Positions 1-8,312 of a stretch of 64,000 nucleotides of DNA are shown piece after piece. The translations under genes and the position numbers were made by a program. Source of the stretch: Akkermansiaceae bacterium (GTDB lineage Bacteria > Verrucomicrobiota > Verrucomicrobiia > Verrucomicrobiales > Akkermansiaceae); assembly GCA_031372635.1 (NCBI GenBank), contig JANMLQ010000081.1, positions 10,743-74,742 of the forward strand, in the 5' to 3' direction. The notes under the pieces were generated by a model that did not search any database, had not been told where the DNA came from, and saw only the letters and a program-made list of their open reading frames with translations. How positions within the stretch are numbered: the first letter of the stretch is position 1; each line of letters opens with the position of its first letter.

Positions 1-60
1 GAGTTTTCATTCGATGCGGAGATTGTTTGGGGAATCGGAGTTTGAAACTGTTATCGGGGA

Positions 61-504
61 TTTTAACCACAGATTACGCAGATTACACAGAGGGAATCAG
101 ATTGTGATGCGCTTCACTTTAATGGAAGCGTGTTTGAAGTTGATGAGAAGTCCTACCTTGAGGCCGGTGATTTTTAGGTAGCCAATCATTTGGGAAATGT
201 GAGCGTCGTTGGATGCTTCGACGACTTTGGTGTCCACGATGACGGACTGATCGACGATCAAATCGGGGATGAGATTTCCGATGGGACGTTTTTTGTAGAA
301 GACGGTATGCCTTTTTTGTTGCTCAAAGAAGATGCCAAGATCTGCAAACTCGATGCATAGGGCGTTTTCGTAAAGTTTTTCATCCAGACCGTTCCTGAGT
401 TCACGATGAATTTCCATCGCCGCACCAATGATGCGCTCGGTCAGTTCAGCATGAAGTCCTTCATCCATATCAATCTGTGAAATCTGTGTAATCTGTGGTT
501 AAAA
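61..504 (-). mobile_element. GxxExxY-gene cassette bounded by 31-bp terminal inverted repeats
   Basis: Left arm 61-91 (TTTTAACCACAGATTACGCAGATTACACAGA) matches the reverse complement of right arm 474-504 (TTTTAACCACAGATTACACAGATTTCACAGA) at 29/31 positions. The single ORF fills the interior almost exactly. Confidence 0.55.
97..468 (-). CDS. GxxExxY family protein (small PD-(D/E)XK-like nuclease-fold family)
   Basis: 123-aa ORF containing the eponymous motif G-L-D-E-K-L-Y-E-N. Size and layout are typical of the family. Confidence 0.85.
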   Translation of the reverse strand: MDEGLHAELTERIIGAAMEIHRELRNGLDEKLYENALCIEFADLGIFFEQQKRHTVFYKKRPIGNLIPDLIVDQSVIVDTKVVEASNDAHISQMIGYLKITGLKVGLLINFKHASIKVKRITI

Positions 505-522
505 CTGGCCGATGCCTAACGA

Positions 523-831
523 CTACCCGCCCTTGTAGAGCGTTTTGCCGTGGACTTCGACGCGGTCGATGATGGCGACGATGGCGGCGTCCACCGGGAT
601 GGACTTGAGGCCTTGTGCGGCGCGGGCGGAGCTGCCTTGGCAGAACATGACGAGTTCGCCCTCGCCAGCTCCGACGGTGTCCACGGCGACAATGGTGTTG
701 GAGCCGTCCTTGAACTTGGTGGGATCTTTGTCATCCACCAGTTTGGGACGGAGAAGGAGCAGTTTCCTGCCGACCATCTGCTCGTCCTTCTTGGTGGAGA
801 CGACTTGTCCGATGACTTCCGCGAGGAACAT
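523..831 (-). CDS. BMC vertex pentamer protein (EutN/CcmL/PduN family, BMC-P)
   Basis: ORF trimmed to the internal ATG at 831 (MFLAEVIGQVVSTKK...). VAVDTVGAGEGELV and the overall ~100-aa length fit the EutN/CcmL fold family. Confidence 0.9.
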   Translation of the reverse strand: MFLAEVIGQVVSTKKDEQMVGRKLLLLRPKLVDDKDPTKFKDGSNTIVAVDTVGAGEGELVMFCQGSSARAAQGLKSIPVDAAIVAIIDRVEVHGKTLYKGG

Positions 832-923
832 GGTGTGGAAGGGTTGTGAGATATGGGTGATTGGATATTTGGGAGCGGGGTGTGACGCATGACGCCGCAC
901 CCGCGCTTTCCAATTTCCTTAAC

Positions 924-1229
924 TCACTTGCGCGGGGCGCGGGCGGCGGTGTCTTTGGGGAGGACGCCGTCGATGGCATCGTCCGGGCGGGCGATGACGT
1001 GGGCGCTGATGACTTCACCGCCTGCGGCGGCTGCGGCTGCGGCGCCGGAGTCGATGGCGGCTTTGACGGCTGCGACGTCGCCGGTGACGACGGCGTTGCA
1101 CATTGCATTACCGATTTGTTTCATCGGACCTGCGAGTTCGACGTTTGCGGATTTGAGCATCGCATCAACGCCGACGACGAGGCATGCGAGGCCGCGGGTT
1201 TCGAGGAGTCCTACTGCTTGTTTGGCCAT
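924..1229 (-). CDS. BMC hexamer shell protein (BMC-H, Pfam00936 type)
   Basis: MAKQAVGLLETRGL...GDVAAVKAAIDSG...VISAHVIARP signature of PduA/EutM-like shell proteins. Confidence 0.92.
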   Translation of the reverse strand: MAKQAVGLLETRGLACLVVGVDAMLKSANVELAGPMKQIGNAMCNAVVTGDVAAVKAAIDSGAAAAAAAGGEVISAHVIARPDDAIDGVLPKDTAARAPRK

Positions 1230-1262
1230 GGTATTGTTTGTTTGGTGGTTAGAGACTTTGAA

Positions 1263-2438
1263 TCAGGAGAGTTTGCGGAAGACTTCGCGTGCGAGTACGA
1301 GTTCTTCGTTGGCGGGGATGACGAGGATTCCAACGGGCGAGTTGGAAACACTGATGTCGTCTTCGGTGGCGCGGCAGGCATCGTTTTTTGCAGCATCAAG
1401 GTGGATGCCGAAGTCTTCGAGGCCCATGCAGACGGCGGCACGGATGTCGGCGTTGTTTTCGCCGATGCCGGCGGTGAAGACGAGGGCGTCGATGCCGCCG
1501 AGTTCGATCATGAAAGCGCCGATCCAGTGGCGGATGGAATGGATGAGAGAGTCGAGCGCGAGTTGCGCCTGCGTGTTTCCAGAGGCTGCGGCTTGGCGCA
1601 CGTCGCGGATGTCGTTGGAGACGCCGGAGAGTCCTAACAGGCCGGACTCTTTGGTGAGTTGGCGTTCTGCTTCGTCGAGTGAGATGCCGAGTGCGCGCAC
1701 GGCGTAGGGAATGGCCCCGGAGTCGAGATCACCGACGCGGTTGTTCTGCGGCAGGCCGCTTTGAGGCGAGAAGCCCATGCTGGTGCCGATGGCGACGCCG
1801 TTGAGGATGCCGGTGACGGAACTGGAGCCGCCGAGGTGACAGGAAACGACGCGGAAGGGCTTGCCAGTGATGGTTTGCGGGCCGTCGAGATAGAGGCGGC
1901 GGGCAATGTTTGCCACGTCTTCGCGGTTGCTCATTTCGGCGGAGCGCTCGGCGATGAACTTATGACTCGCGCCGTGGAAACCATAACGACGGATGCCGAT
2001 GTCACGCCATGTTTTAGGAATGGCGTAGTTGTAGGAAGCCGAGCTGGTCCACTGATAGAAGGCGGTCTCGAAAAGAGCGACGAGTTTTGCCTTCGGCATG
2101 GATTTGGCGAACTGGCGGATGCCATTCGCGTAGGGCGGATTGTGAGCGGGGGCGACGGCGGCGAAGCCTTCGAGCGCGTCGATGGCTGCTTGATCGGCGA
2201 TGACGCAGCCGCTGAGGTTTTTCCCTAACACGGTTTTGAAACCGACGGCTTCGATTTCATCCGGGCTGGCGATGACGCCATCGCGCTGAAGCGTAGCGAG
2301 GGCGTCATCAATCACACCAGCATGATCTTCCACCCGCTCGTAGCCGCCCTTGGCAATGACCTCGCCACCGCTTTCTTCCATGCGGAAGAGACGGTATTTG
2401 AAGGAGGTTGAGCCGAGGTTGGCGACGAGGATGAGCAT
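1263..2438 (-). CDS. ackA: acetate (propionate) kinase
   Basis: ILVANLGSTSFKY N-terminus, YGFHGASHKF and FTAGIGEN motifs. 391 aa. Confidence 0.93.
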   Translation of the reverse strand: MLILVANLGSTSFKYRLFRMEESGGEVIAKGGYERVEDHAGVIDDALATLQRDGVIASPDEIEAVGFKTVLGKNLSGCVIADQAAIDALEGFAAVAPAHNPPYANGIRQFAKSMPKAKLVALFETAFYQWTSSASYNYAIPKTWRDIGIRRYGFHGASHKFIAERSAEMSNREDVANIARRLYLDGPQTITGKPFRVVSCHLGGSSSVTGILNGVAIGTSMGFSPQSGLPQNNRVGDLDSGAIPYAVRALGISLDEAERQLTKESGLLGLSGVSNDIRDVRQAAASGNTQAQLALDSLIHSIRHWIGAFMIELGGIDALVFTAGIGENNADIRAAVCMGLEDFGIHLDAAKNDACRATEDDISVSNSPVGILVIPANEELVLAREVFRKLS

Positions 2439-2443
2439 CTCGC

Positions 2444-2475
2444 GATTTGAAATTTGAGATTTGAAATTTCAAATC
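2444..2475. repeat. AT-rich tandem/palindromic element in the BMC-H/ackA intercistronic spacer
   Basis: GATTTGAAATTTGA followed by GATTTGAAATTTCAAATC. The second unit is a perfect 9+9 palindrome. It overlaps the stop codon of the upstream shell gene. Confidence 0.6.
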
Positions 2476-2752
2476 AGCCGAGCCAGGCACCGAGCTTCGA
2501 GAGATCGTCGTGCGGGCGTGGGATGACTTGGACGGAGGTGACTTGTCCGAGGTTGGCGGCGGCGGATGCGGCGGCATCGAGGCCGGCTTTGACGGCAGCG
2601 ACATCTCCGGTGAAGAAGCCGGTGACAAGACCGGAGCCGATTTTTTCCCAGCCGGTCATTTTGATGTCAGCAGCCTTGAGGGCGGCGTCGGAGGCTTCGA
2701 GGAGTGAGACAAGGCCCTTGGTTTCAAGGATGCCAATTGCTTGTTTGGCCAT
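2474..2752 (-). CDS. BMC hexamer shell protein (BMC-H)
   Basis: MAKQAIGILETKGL...GDVAAVKAGLDAA...VQVIPRPH signature. Confidence 0.92.
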   Translation of the reverse strand: MAKQAIGILETKGLVSLLEASDAALKAADIKMTGWEKIGSGLVTGFFTGDVAAVKAGLDAAASAAANLGQVTSVQVIPRPHDDLSKLGAWLG

Positions 2753-2803
2753 GGTGGTGAGAAGTTGATGGTTGTTAGTTGATGGTTGATAGTCGGAACG
2801 ACT

Positions 2804-3073
2804 TCACGCGATGCCGAACTGGCTGAGGAGTTCTGGATGCGGGCGGGCGATGACGTGGGCGGAGACGAGTTCGCCGACACGGCCGGCGGCCTCTGCTCCG
2901 GCATCGACGGCGGCTTTCACGCTGCCGACATCGCCTTTGACGAGAACGGTGAGGAAGGCCCCGCCGATCTGGATTTGGTTGATAAGTGTGACGTTGGCGG
3001 CTTTTGCCATCGCGTCTGTGGCTTCGACGCTGCCGACGTAGCCTTTGGTTTCAATCATGCCGAGTGCGCTCAT
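2804..3073 (-). CDS. BMC hexamer shell protein (BMC-H)
   Basis: MSALGMIETKGYVG...KGDVGSVKAAVDAG...VSAHVIARPH signature. Confidence 0.92.
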   Translation of the reverse strand: MSALGMIETKGYVGSVEATDAMAKAANVTLINQIQIGGAFLTVLVKGDVGSVKAAVDAGAEAAGRVGELVSAHVIARPHPELLSQFGIA

Positions 3074-3106
3074 ATGTTTTGTTGGTGATGTGGTTGTGAG
3101 ATGGAG

Positions 3107-3787
3107 TTACTTGATTAGTTCGCAGAAAGTATCGGGCTTGAGACCGCAGGCGTTGCCTTCGTCGGTGTCGATGTGGACTTCGAGTTTGAACGATGGATCG
3201 ACGCGGACGATGAGGTTGTCGAAGGTCATGCCGAGCGGGCCGTGGACTTTGAGTTTCATTTCATCGAGATGTTTCACGCCATAGTAGGCGGCATCGTCGG
3301 GATGCATGTGGACGTGCGGCTGGGCGCGGATGACGCCTTCCTCTAGCTCGAAATAACCGTTAGGACCCATCAACATGCAGCTGGGTGTGCCTTTGATGGC
3401 GCCGGACATGCGGACGGGGATGTCGAAGCCGAGTGAGATGGCGTCGGTGTAGGCGAGTTCGATCTGGTTGAGATTGCGGCAGGGGCCGAGGATGCGGAGG
3501 TTGGAGATCACGCGGCTGCGCGGGCCGATGAGGGTGACGGATTCTTTGGCGGCGTACTGGCCCTCCTGATAGAGGCTCTTCATCGGAGTGAGCTGGTGGC
3601 CTTTCCCGAAAAGCGCTTCCACGGCGGCCTGGGTGAGGTGGCAGTGGCGGGCGGAAATATTGACGAGTAGAGCGTTCGGAGCCTTGGAGGCGGCGGGAAG
3701 CTGGAGCCCGAGCTTGGCGTAGATTTGCTCGCGGACCATGTGTTCGACGACGGCGCGCGGCGTGGAGGATTTGAGCGTTTCGGCCAT
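3107..3787 (-). CDS. pduL: phosphate propanoyl/acyl-transferase PduL (BMC-associated phosphotransacylase)
   Basis: Duplicated PduL-type modules with ISARHCHL and QPHVHMHPDDAAYYG histidine motifs. Roughly 25-aa N-terminal amphipathic extension (AVVEHMVREQIYAKLGL). Confidence 0.88.
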   Translation of the reverse strand: MAETLKSSTPRAVVEHMVREQIYAKLGLQLPAASKAPNALLVNISARHCHLTQAAVEALFGKGHQLTPMKSLYQEGQYAAKESVTLIGPRSRVISNLRILGPCRNLNQIELAYTDAISLGFDIPVRMSGAIKGTPSCMLMGPNGYFELEEGVIRAQPHVHMHPDDAAYYGVKHLDEMKLKVHGPLGMTFDNLIVRVDPSFKLEVHIDTDEGNACGLKPDTFCELIK

Positions 3788-3814
3788 GACTTGGTTTTGT
3801 TTTTGTTGGATTCG

Positions 3815-3828
3815 GTTGACAAGTCAAC
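3815..3828. promoter_or_regulatory. perfect 14-bp palindrome GTTGACAAGTCAAC in the divergent pduL/deoR promoter region (candidate operator)
   Basis: Read directly from the sequence. It lies in the 87-bp spacer between the divergent start codons at 3787 and 3875. Confidence 0.45.
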
Positions 3829-3874
3829 GAAAATCCCAAGAATTCCCAACGAAACACAGAAAAGTCACGATTTC

Positions 3875-4636
3875 ATGCTCGCTATCGAACGCCAACGCCG
3901 GATTTTGGATCTGCTTCTCGCAGCGGGCTCCCTGCGCACGACGGAGACTTCCGAGGCGCTCGGCGTTACGGACGAGACGGTGCGGAAGGATTTCGAGCTG
4001 CTGGAAAAGCGCGGCGAGTTGATCCGCATCCACGGCGGGGCGAGCAGGCCGGAGAAGATCCGCGGCGATCTGCCATTCACCGAGCGCCAGGCGATCCGGC
4101 GGGAGGAAAAACAAGCGATCGCCCGGCTGGCGGCGAGTCGGATTCAGGCAAACGAAACGATTTTCCTAGATGCGAGTTCCACCGTGCTGACGCTGACCGA
4201 GTTTCTCCCGGACTTGCCGCTCACGATTCTAACCAACGCGCTGAATGTTTTCACCGCTCTATCCGAAAGGCCGAATCTCGATCTGATGTGCACGGGCGGG
4301 CTTTTCGACGCCAAATCCCGGTCGTTCATCGGACTGACCGCCGAAAAATCCCTCCAGCGCTACAATATCCACCGCGCCTTCCTCTCCGGCAGCGGGCTGC
4401 ATCCCGAGCGTGGCGTGAGCGAGCGCAACGCGCGGCAGGCGGCATTCAAGGAACGGGTGATTTCCTACGCCGAGGATGTGGTCTTCATGGCAGATCACTC
4501 GAAACTCGGTCTGAAAGCCTCGTTTTTCTTCGCCGAGGTATCCGATCTGAGCTGCCTCATCACGGATAAGAATGCGGACGCGAAATTCATCGGGGAGCTA
4601 CAGGGCAAGGGCGTCGAGGTTTTGTTAGGGGAATAG
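3875..4636 (+). CDS. DeoR family transcriptional regulator
   Basis: ORF trimmed to ATG 3875. N-terminal HTH (RRILDLL...LGVTDETVRKDFELLEKRGELIRIHGGA) plus a DeoR C-terminal sensor domain. Confidence 0.88.
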   Translation: MLAIERQRRILDLLLAAGSLRTTETSEALGVTDETVRKDFELLEKRGELIRIHGGASRPEKIRGDLPFTERQAIRREEKQAIARLAASRIQANETIFLDASSTVLTLTEFLPDLPLTILTNALNVFTALSERPNLDLMCTGGLFDAKSRSFIGLTAEKSLQRYNIHRAFLSGSGLHPERGVSERNARQAAFKERVISYAEDVVFMADHSKLGLKASFFFAEVSDLSCLITDKNADAKFIGELQGKGVEVLLGE

Positions 4637-4677
4637 CGGTGCTTGATGAAAGGCCGGGCGGCTGCTAACCCGCGCTT

Positions 4678-5622
4678 GTGTTGATCCGCACCCGCATTGA
4701 AGAGCTTGCCGCGCTTGGCGGGCCGCTGCATTTGGCACTGGGCGTTTTCGACGGCGTCCACATCGGTCATCAGGCCGTGATCGCGAGTGCTGTTAGAGCG
4801 AGCGAGACGCAGGGTGGTGTGGCTGGGTTGCTGACCTTTGATCCGCATCCGATACGGGTGATCGCTCCTAACAAAGCTCCAGCGGCGCTGCTTGCCACCT
4901 TGGATCACAAGGCGAAAATCGTCAGTGATCTCGGCATCGGCTTGTTCATTCCACTGCACTTCGATGCCGAGTTTGCCGCGATGGAGGCGTCTGAATTCAT
5001 CGAGAAACTCACCGCCGCGCCGGTGCGCACGATCGCGGTGGGTGAGGATTGGCGCTTCGGTCACAACCGCGGCGGCGATGTGCCGTTTCTGCGGATGGAG
5101 GCGGAAAAACGCGGCTTCCATCTGGAAGCGGTGCCGCCCGTGATGTTCGAGGGTGATCGCATCAGCAGCACGCGCATCCGCCAGGCTATACGCGATGGAA
5201 ATCTGGCAGCTGCATCCGGCATGCTTGGCAGGCCCTACAGCATTTGCGGTATTGTCGCACGCGGCAGGCAGCTCGGCCGCACGCTCGGATTTCCCACCGC
5301 GAATCTGCCGGTCCTCGCAGTGCAAACCCCGCCGGATGGGGTTTGGGCGGTGCGTGTCTGTGATGCCACGGGCAAGCAGTGGAACGGCGTGGCGAATCTC
5401 GGCGTCCGGCCCACCGTGGATGGGGGAAACCGCATGCTGGAAGTGCATCTACTGGATTTTTTCGGTGATCTCTACGGCCAGGAAATCGACGTCCACTTCG
5501 TGGAAAACATCCGCGCTGAGACGAAATTCCCCTCGCTGGATGCCTTGCGCGGCCAGATCGAAATGGACGCCACCGCTGCAAGAAACATCCTCGCGGCAGG
5601 CAGTTTGAAAACGCAGGATTGA
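4678..5622 (+). CDS. ribF: bifunctional riboflavin kinase / FAD synthetase
   Basis: GVFDGVHIGHQ nucleotidyltransferase motif, C-terminal GFPTANL and LEVHLLDFFGDLYG kinase motifs. GTG start. Confidence 0.92.
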   Translation: MLIRTRIEELAALGGPLHLALGVFDGVHIGHQAVIASAVRASETQGGVAGLLTFDPHPIRVIAPNKAPAALLATLDHKAKIVSDLGIGLFIPLHFDAEFAAMEASEFIEKLTAAPVRTIAVGEDWRFGHNRGGDVPFLRMEAEKRGFHLEAVPPVMFEGDRISSTRIRQAIRDGNLAAASGMLGRPYSICGIVARGRQLGRTLGFPTANLPVLAVQTPPDGVWAVRVCDATGKQWNGVANLGVRPTVDGGNRMLEVHLLDFFGDLYGQEIDVHFVENIRAETKFPSLDALRGQIEMDATAARNILAAGSLKTQD

Positions 5623-5855
5623 CACCAATCGGTTCATGTGAACACTCGCTCGCATGAACATCATCAAGCCGTTCGTGGACCGCATCCTGCCGCTTCTGGA
5701 AGAAAAATTTCCTTCCTGCTTCCGGCGGCGTCAGATCATCCATCGGAAGCTGGAAATCCAGTTGGAATTCCCGTGGCTTTCAAAAAGATGAATTTTCCGG
5801 ATTTTGCACTTACCCTCGCCGCCTCGGCTCTCTATGAGTACCTGCAAGCATCCGC

Positions 5856-8288
5856 ATGGAGATTTTCAAACCCATTTTCCCGATCCGCGGCCGGGCCGCA
5901 TTATTAGCCACAGCCTGCTTGGTTTTTCCGCTACAGGCGGGTGAACCCAAGGACGCTGGCAGCCTGGCGGAACGCGAGCGCATGCGCCGCAGCACCAACA
6001 TCGAAGAAGCCGAGGAACTGCTGCGCAAAGGCGACGAAGCCTACAAAGCGGGCCGTTTCTCGGAAGCCGTGGAGGCATACGCCGGTGCCCGCGATTTAAT
6101 ACCGGACGCACCCGTTTCCTCGGAACTGCGCACGGCGGCGACGGATCGTTACGCCCAGGCATCCGTCGAACAAGCGCGCCTGCTTACGAGAAAAGGCGAC
6201 GTCGCCGGTGCGAAGACCGCCGTGGACAAGGTGCTCGCTGATGGCGTGTCTCCGCAAGATCCCGGCGCACTCGCTATGCGCGCCCAACTCGACGATCCGA
6301 TCCGCACCAATCCCGCTCTAACAGCGGAGACCGCAAAGGACATCGACGAAGTCCGCCGCCTGCTCTACACCGCCGAGGGAGCCTACAATCTCGGCAAGTT
6401 CGACGAGTCCGGAAAAACCTATCAGGACATCCTCCGCATCGACCCCACCAACTCGGCGGCGCGCCGTGGCATGGAGCAAGTGGCTGCTGCGAAAACCGCA
6501 TATCACAAGTCCTCCTACGATCACGCCCGCTCTGAAATGCTAACTCAGGTGGACGCGGCATGGGAAACGCCGATCTCCGCTCCCGAACTCGGAGTCGGCC
6601 CGGAAGATCCGGGCGGTCCGTTGAATTTGGATACTTCTGTTAGCGTGGCCGCCAAGCTCGACCGCATCATGATCCCGAAGATCGCTCTGGATCAGGCGAC
6701 TTTGGAAGAAGCGCTCGATTTCCTCCGCACCTCCACTACCAAGGTGAATATCGCAGGTGGAGCCTCAGAATCACTCAACTTCACCGTCAATCTCGGCGCG
6801 CCGGATTCAGAAGTCGCTAAAAACATCCGCAGTAAGAAGTTCGACCTACGGCTCACTAATGTGCCGCTGCGCCAAGTCTTGAAATACATCACGGACATCA
6901 CGCAGACTTCGTTCAGCACGGATGACTTCTCAGTGGTCATCACGCCACATGGCTCGACCTCGGACGAGTTAATCTCCCGCAGCTATCGTGTGCCGCCGGA
7001 TTTCCTCACAAACCTCAGCAATGCTGGCGCGGGCGCGGCTCCAACCGAGGACAATCCCTTCGAGACAGCGCCTAAGGATGGCCTGCTCACCAAGCGCATG
7101 AGCGCCCAGGAAGCATTGGTTAGCAATGGCGTCACCTTCCCGGATGGCTCCAACGCAAGCTACAGCCCCGCGACCAATACACTGCGCATTCTCAACACTG
7201 CCACCAATCAGGAAATCATCTCCCAGATCGTGCAGGCCGCCACCCAGACGGAGCCTGTCACCGTCGCCGTGCGGGTCACGATGATCAAAACCCAGCAGAC
7301 CAATCTGGAGGAACTCGGCTTCGACTGGCTGGTGAATCCATTCGCACTGAATTCCCCTAACACGCTCTTCGGAAGCGGCGGCACGGTCGGAAATACACCG
7401 GGGCGTTTTGGAACCGACTTCGTCTCCCCCGTCGGCGGCACATCCGTGGACGGCATTCCGGCGGATCCCGCGCAGCTCGCATCCAATGTCTCCACCAACG
7501 GCCTGCGCTCCGGAGCACAGGGCATCGACGGCAACAGCATTGATGGCCTCATCGCCGATCCCAACCGCTCGTCCCAAGCAAACAGAGTCGCCCCTGGCGT
7601 GATGGCGGTGACCGGACTTTTCACGGACGGGCAGGCCCAGTTGGTCATGCGTGGCCTGGATCAGAAAAAGGGCGTGGACCTGATGGCGAGACCCGCCGTC
7701 ATGACCCGCAGCGGCCAGTCTTCCAGCGTGTCCATCTCCCGGGAATTCATCTATCCCACCGAATACGAGCCACCCGAGCTTCCGAATTCCGTCGGCGCTG
7801 GCGCTGGCACATCGCCAGTCACCCCCGCCACTCCCACTGCATTTGAAATGCGGGAGGTCGGTATCAAGCTGGAAGTCCTGCCAGTGGCGGATGCGAACAA
7901 ACGCTACATCGATCTCACACTGAATCCCTCGTTCATCGACTTCGACGGCTTCGTCAACTACGGCAGCCCGATCAACTCGACGACCACCGACATTCTTGGA
8001 AATCCGACCACTGCGCGAGTCACGGACAACACGATTCTGATGCCGGTTTTCAGCGTCCAGAAAGCGTCCACCCAGCTATCCGTAGCGGATGGGGCCACGA
8101 TCGCCATTGGCGGGCTGATGGCGGAGAGCATTCAGAACGTGAACGACAAGGTTCCGGTTTTAGGAGACATTCCACTGGTCGGTAGGCTGTTCCAGTCCAA
8201 GTCCAAGAGGCCGGTTTCCACCGCCATCGTTTTCCTTGTTCACGTTGAGCTGCTGGATCCCACCGGTCGCCCTTACCGGGACCGCTGA
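5856..8288 (+). CDS. secretin-family outer-membrane channel with N-terminal TPR-like region
   Basis: Signal-peptide-like N-terminus and helical TPR-like repeats (EAEELLRKGDEAYKAGRFSEAVEAY...). C-terminal secretin domain ending VPVLGDIPLVGRLFQSKSK. Confidence 0.8.
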   Translation: MEIFKPIFPIRGRAALLATACLVFPLQAGEPKDAGSLAERERMRRSTNIEEAEELLRKGDEAYKAGRFSEAVEAYAGARDLIPDAPVSSELRTAATDRYAQASVEQARLLTRKGDVAGAKTAVDKVLADGVSPQDPGALAMRAQLDDPIRTNPALTAETAKDIDEVRRLLYTAEGAYNLGKFDESGKTYQDILRIDPTNSAARRGMEQVAAAKTAYHKSSYDHARSEMLTQVDAAWETPISAPELGVGPEDPGGPLNLDTSVSVAAKLDRIMIPKIALDQATLEEALDFLRTSTTKVNIAGGASESLNFTVNLGAPDSEVAKNIRSKKFDLRLTNVPLRQVLKYITDITQTSFSTDDFSVVITPHGSTSDELISRSYRVPPDFLTNLSNAGAGAAPTEDNPFETAPKDGLLTKRMSAQEALVSNGVTFPDGSNASYSPATNTLRILNTATNQEIISQIVQAATQTEPVTVAVRVTMIKTQQTNLEELGFDWLVNPFALNSPNTLFGSGGTVGNTPGRFGTDFVSPVGGTSVDGIPADPAQLASNVSTNGLRSGAQGIDGNSIDGLIADPNRSSQANRVAPGVMAVTGLFTDGQAQLVMRGLDQKKGVDLMARPAVMTRSGQSSSVSISREFIYPTEYEPPELPNSVGAGAGTSPVTPATPTAFEMREVGIKLEVLPVADANKRYIDLTLNPSFIDFDGFVNYGSPINSTTTDILGNPTTARVTDNTILMPVFSVQKASTQLSVADGATIAIGGLMAESIQNVNDKVPVLGDIPLVGRLFQSKSKRPVSTAIVFLVHVELLDPTGRPYRDR

Positions 8289-8312
8289 TCCGCCTTATCC
8301 CCAACTTCTATC

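Noticed and set aside
61-91. CRISPR array as an explanation for the short tandem motifs (CAGATTAC etc., also at 24842, 39111, 48763)
   Set aside because: The units are only 7-9 nt and directly abutting, with no spacers. They occur as complementary arm pairs, and no cas genes are in the window.
861-1707. Long plus-strand ORFs (258 and 272 aa) overlapping the BMC-H and ackA genes
   Set aside because: They are antisense shadows typical of GC-rich DNA. Their translations are Ala/Gly/Asp/Arg low-complexity with no motifs. The minus-strand genes have unambiguous family signatures.
4495-5448. 317-aa minus-strand ORF opposite ribF
   Set aside because: Arg/His/Ala-rich shadow ORF. The ribF frame carries both the FAD synthetase and riboflavin kinase motifs.
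5654-5791. 45-aa ORF (MNIIKPFVDRILPLLEEKFPS...) between ribF and the secretin gene
   Set aside because: No motif, no supporting context and a short length. It may be real but cannot be supported from sequence alone.
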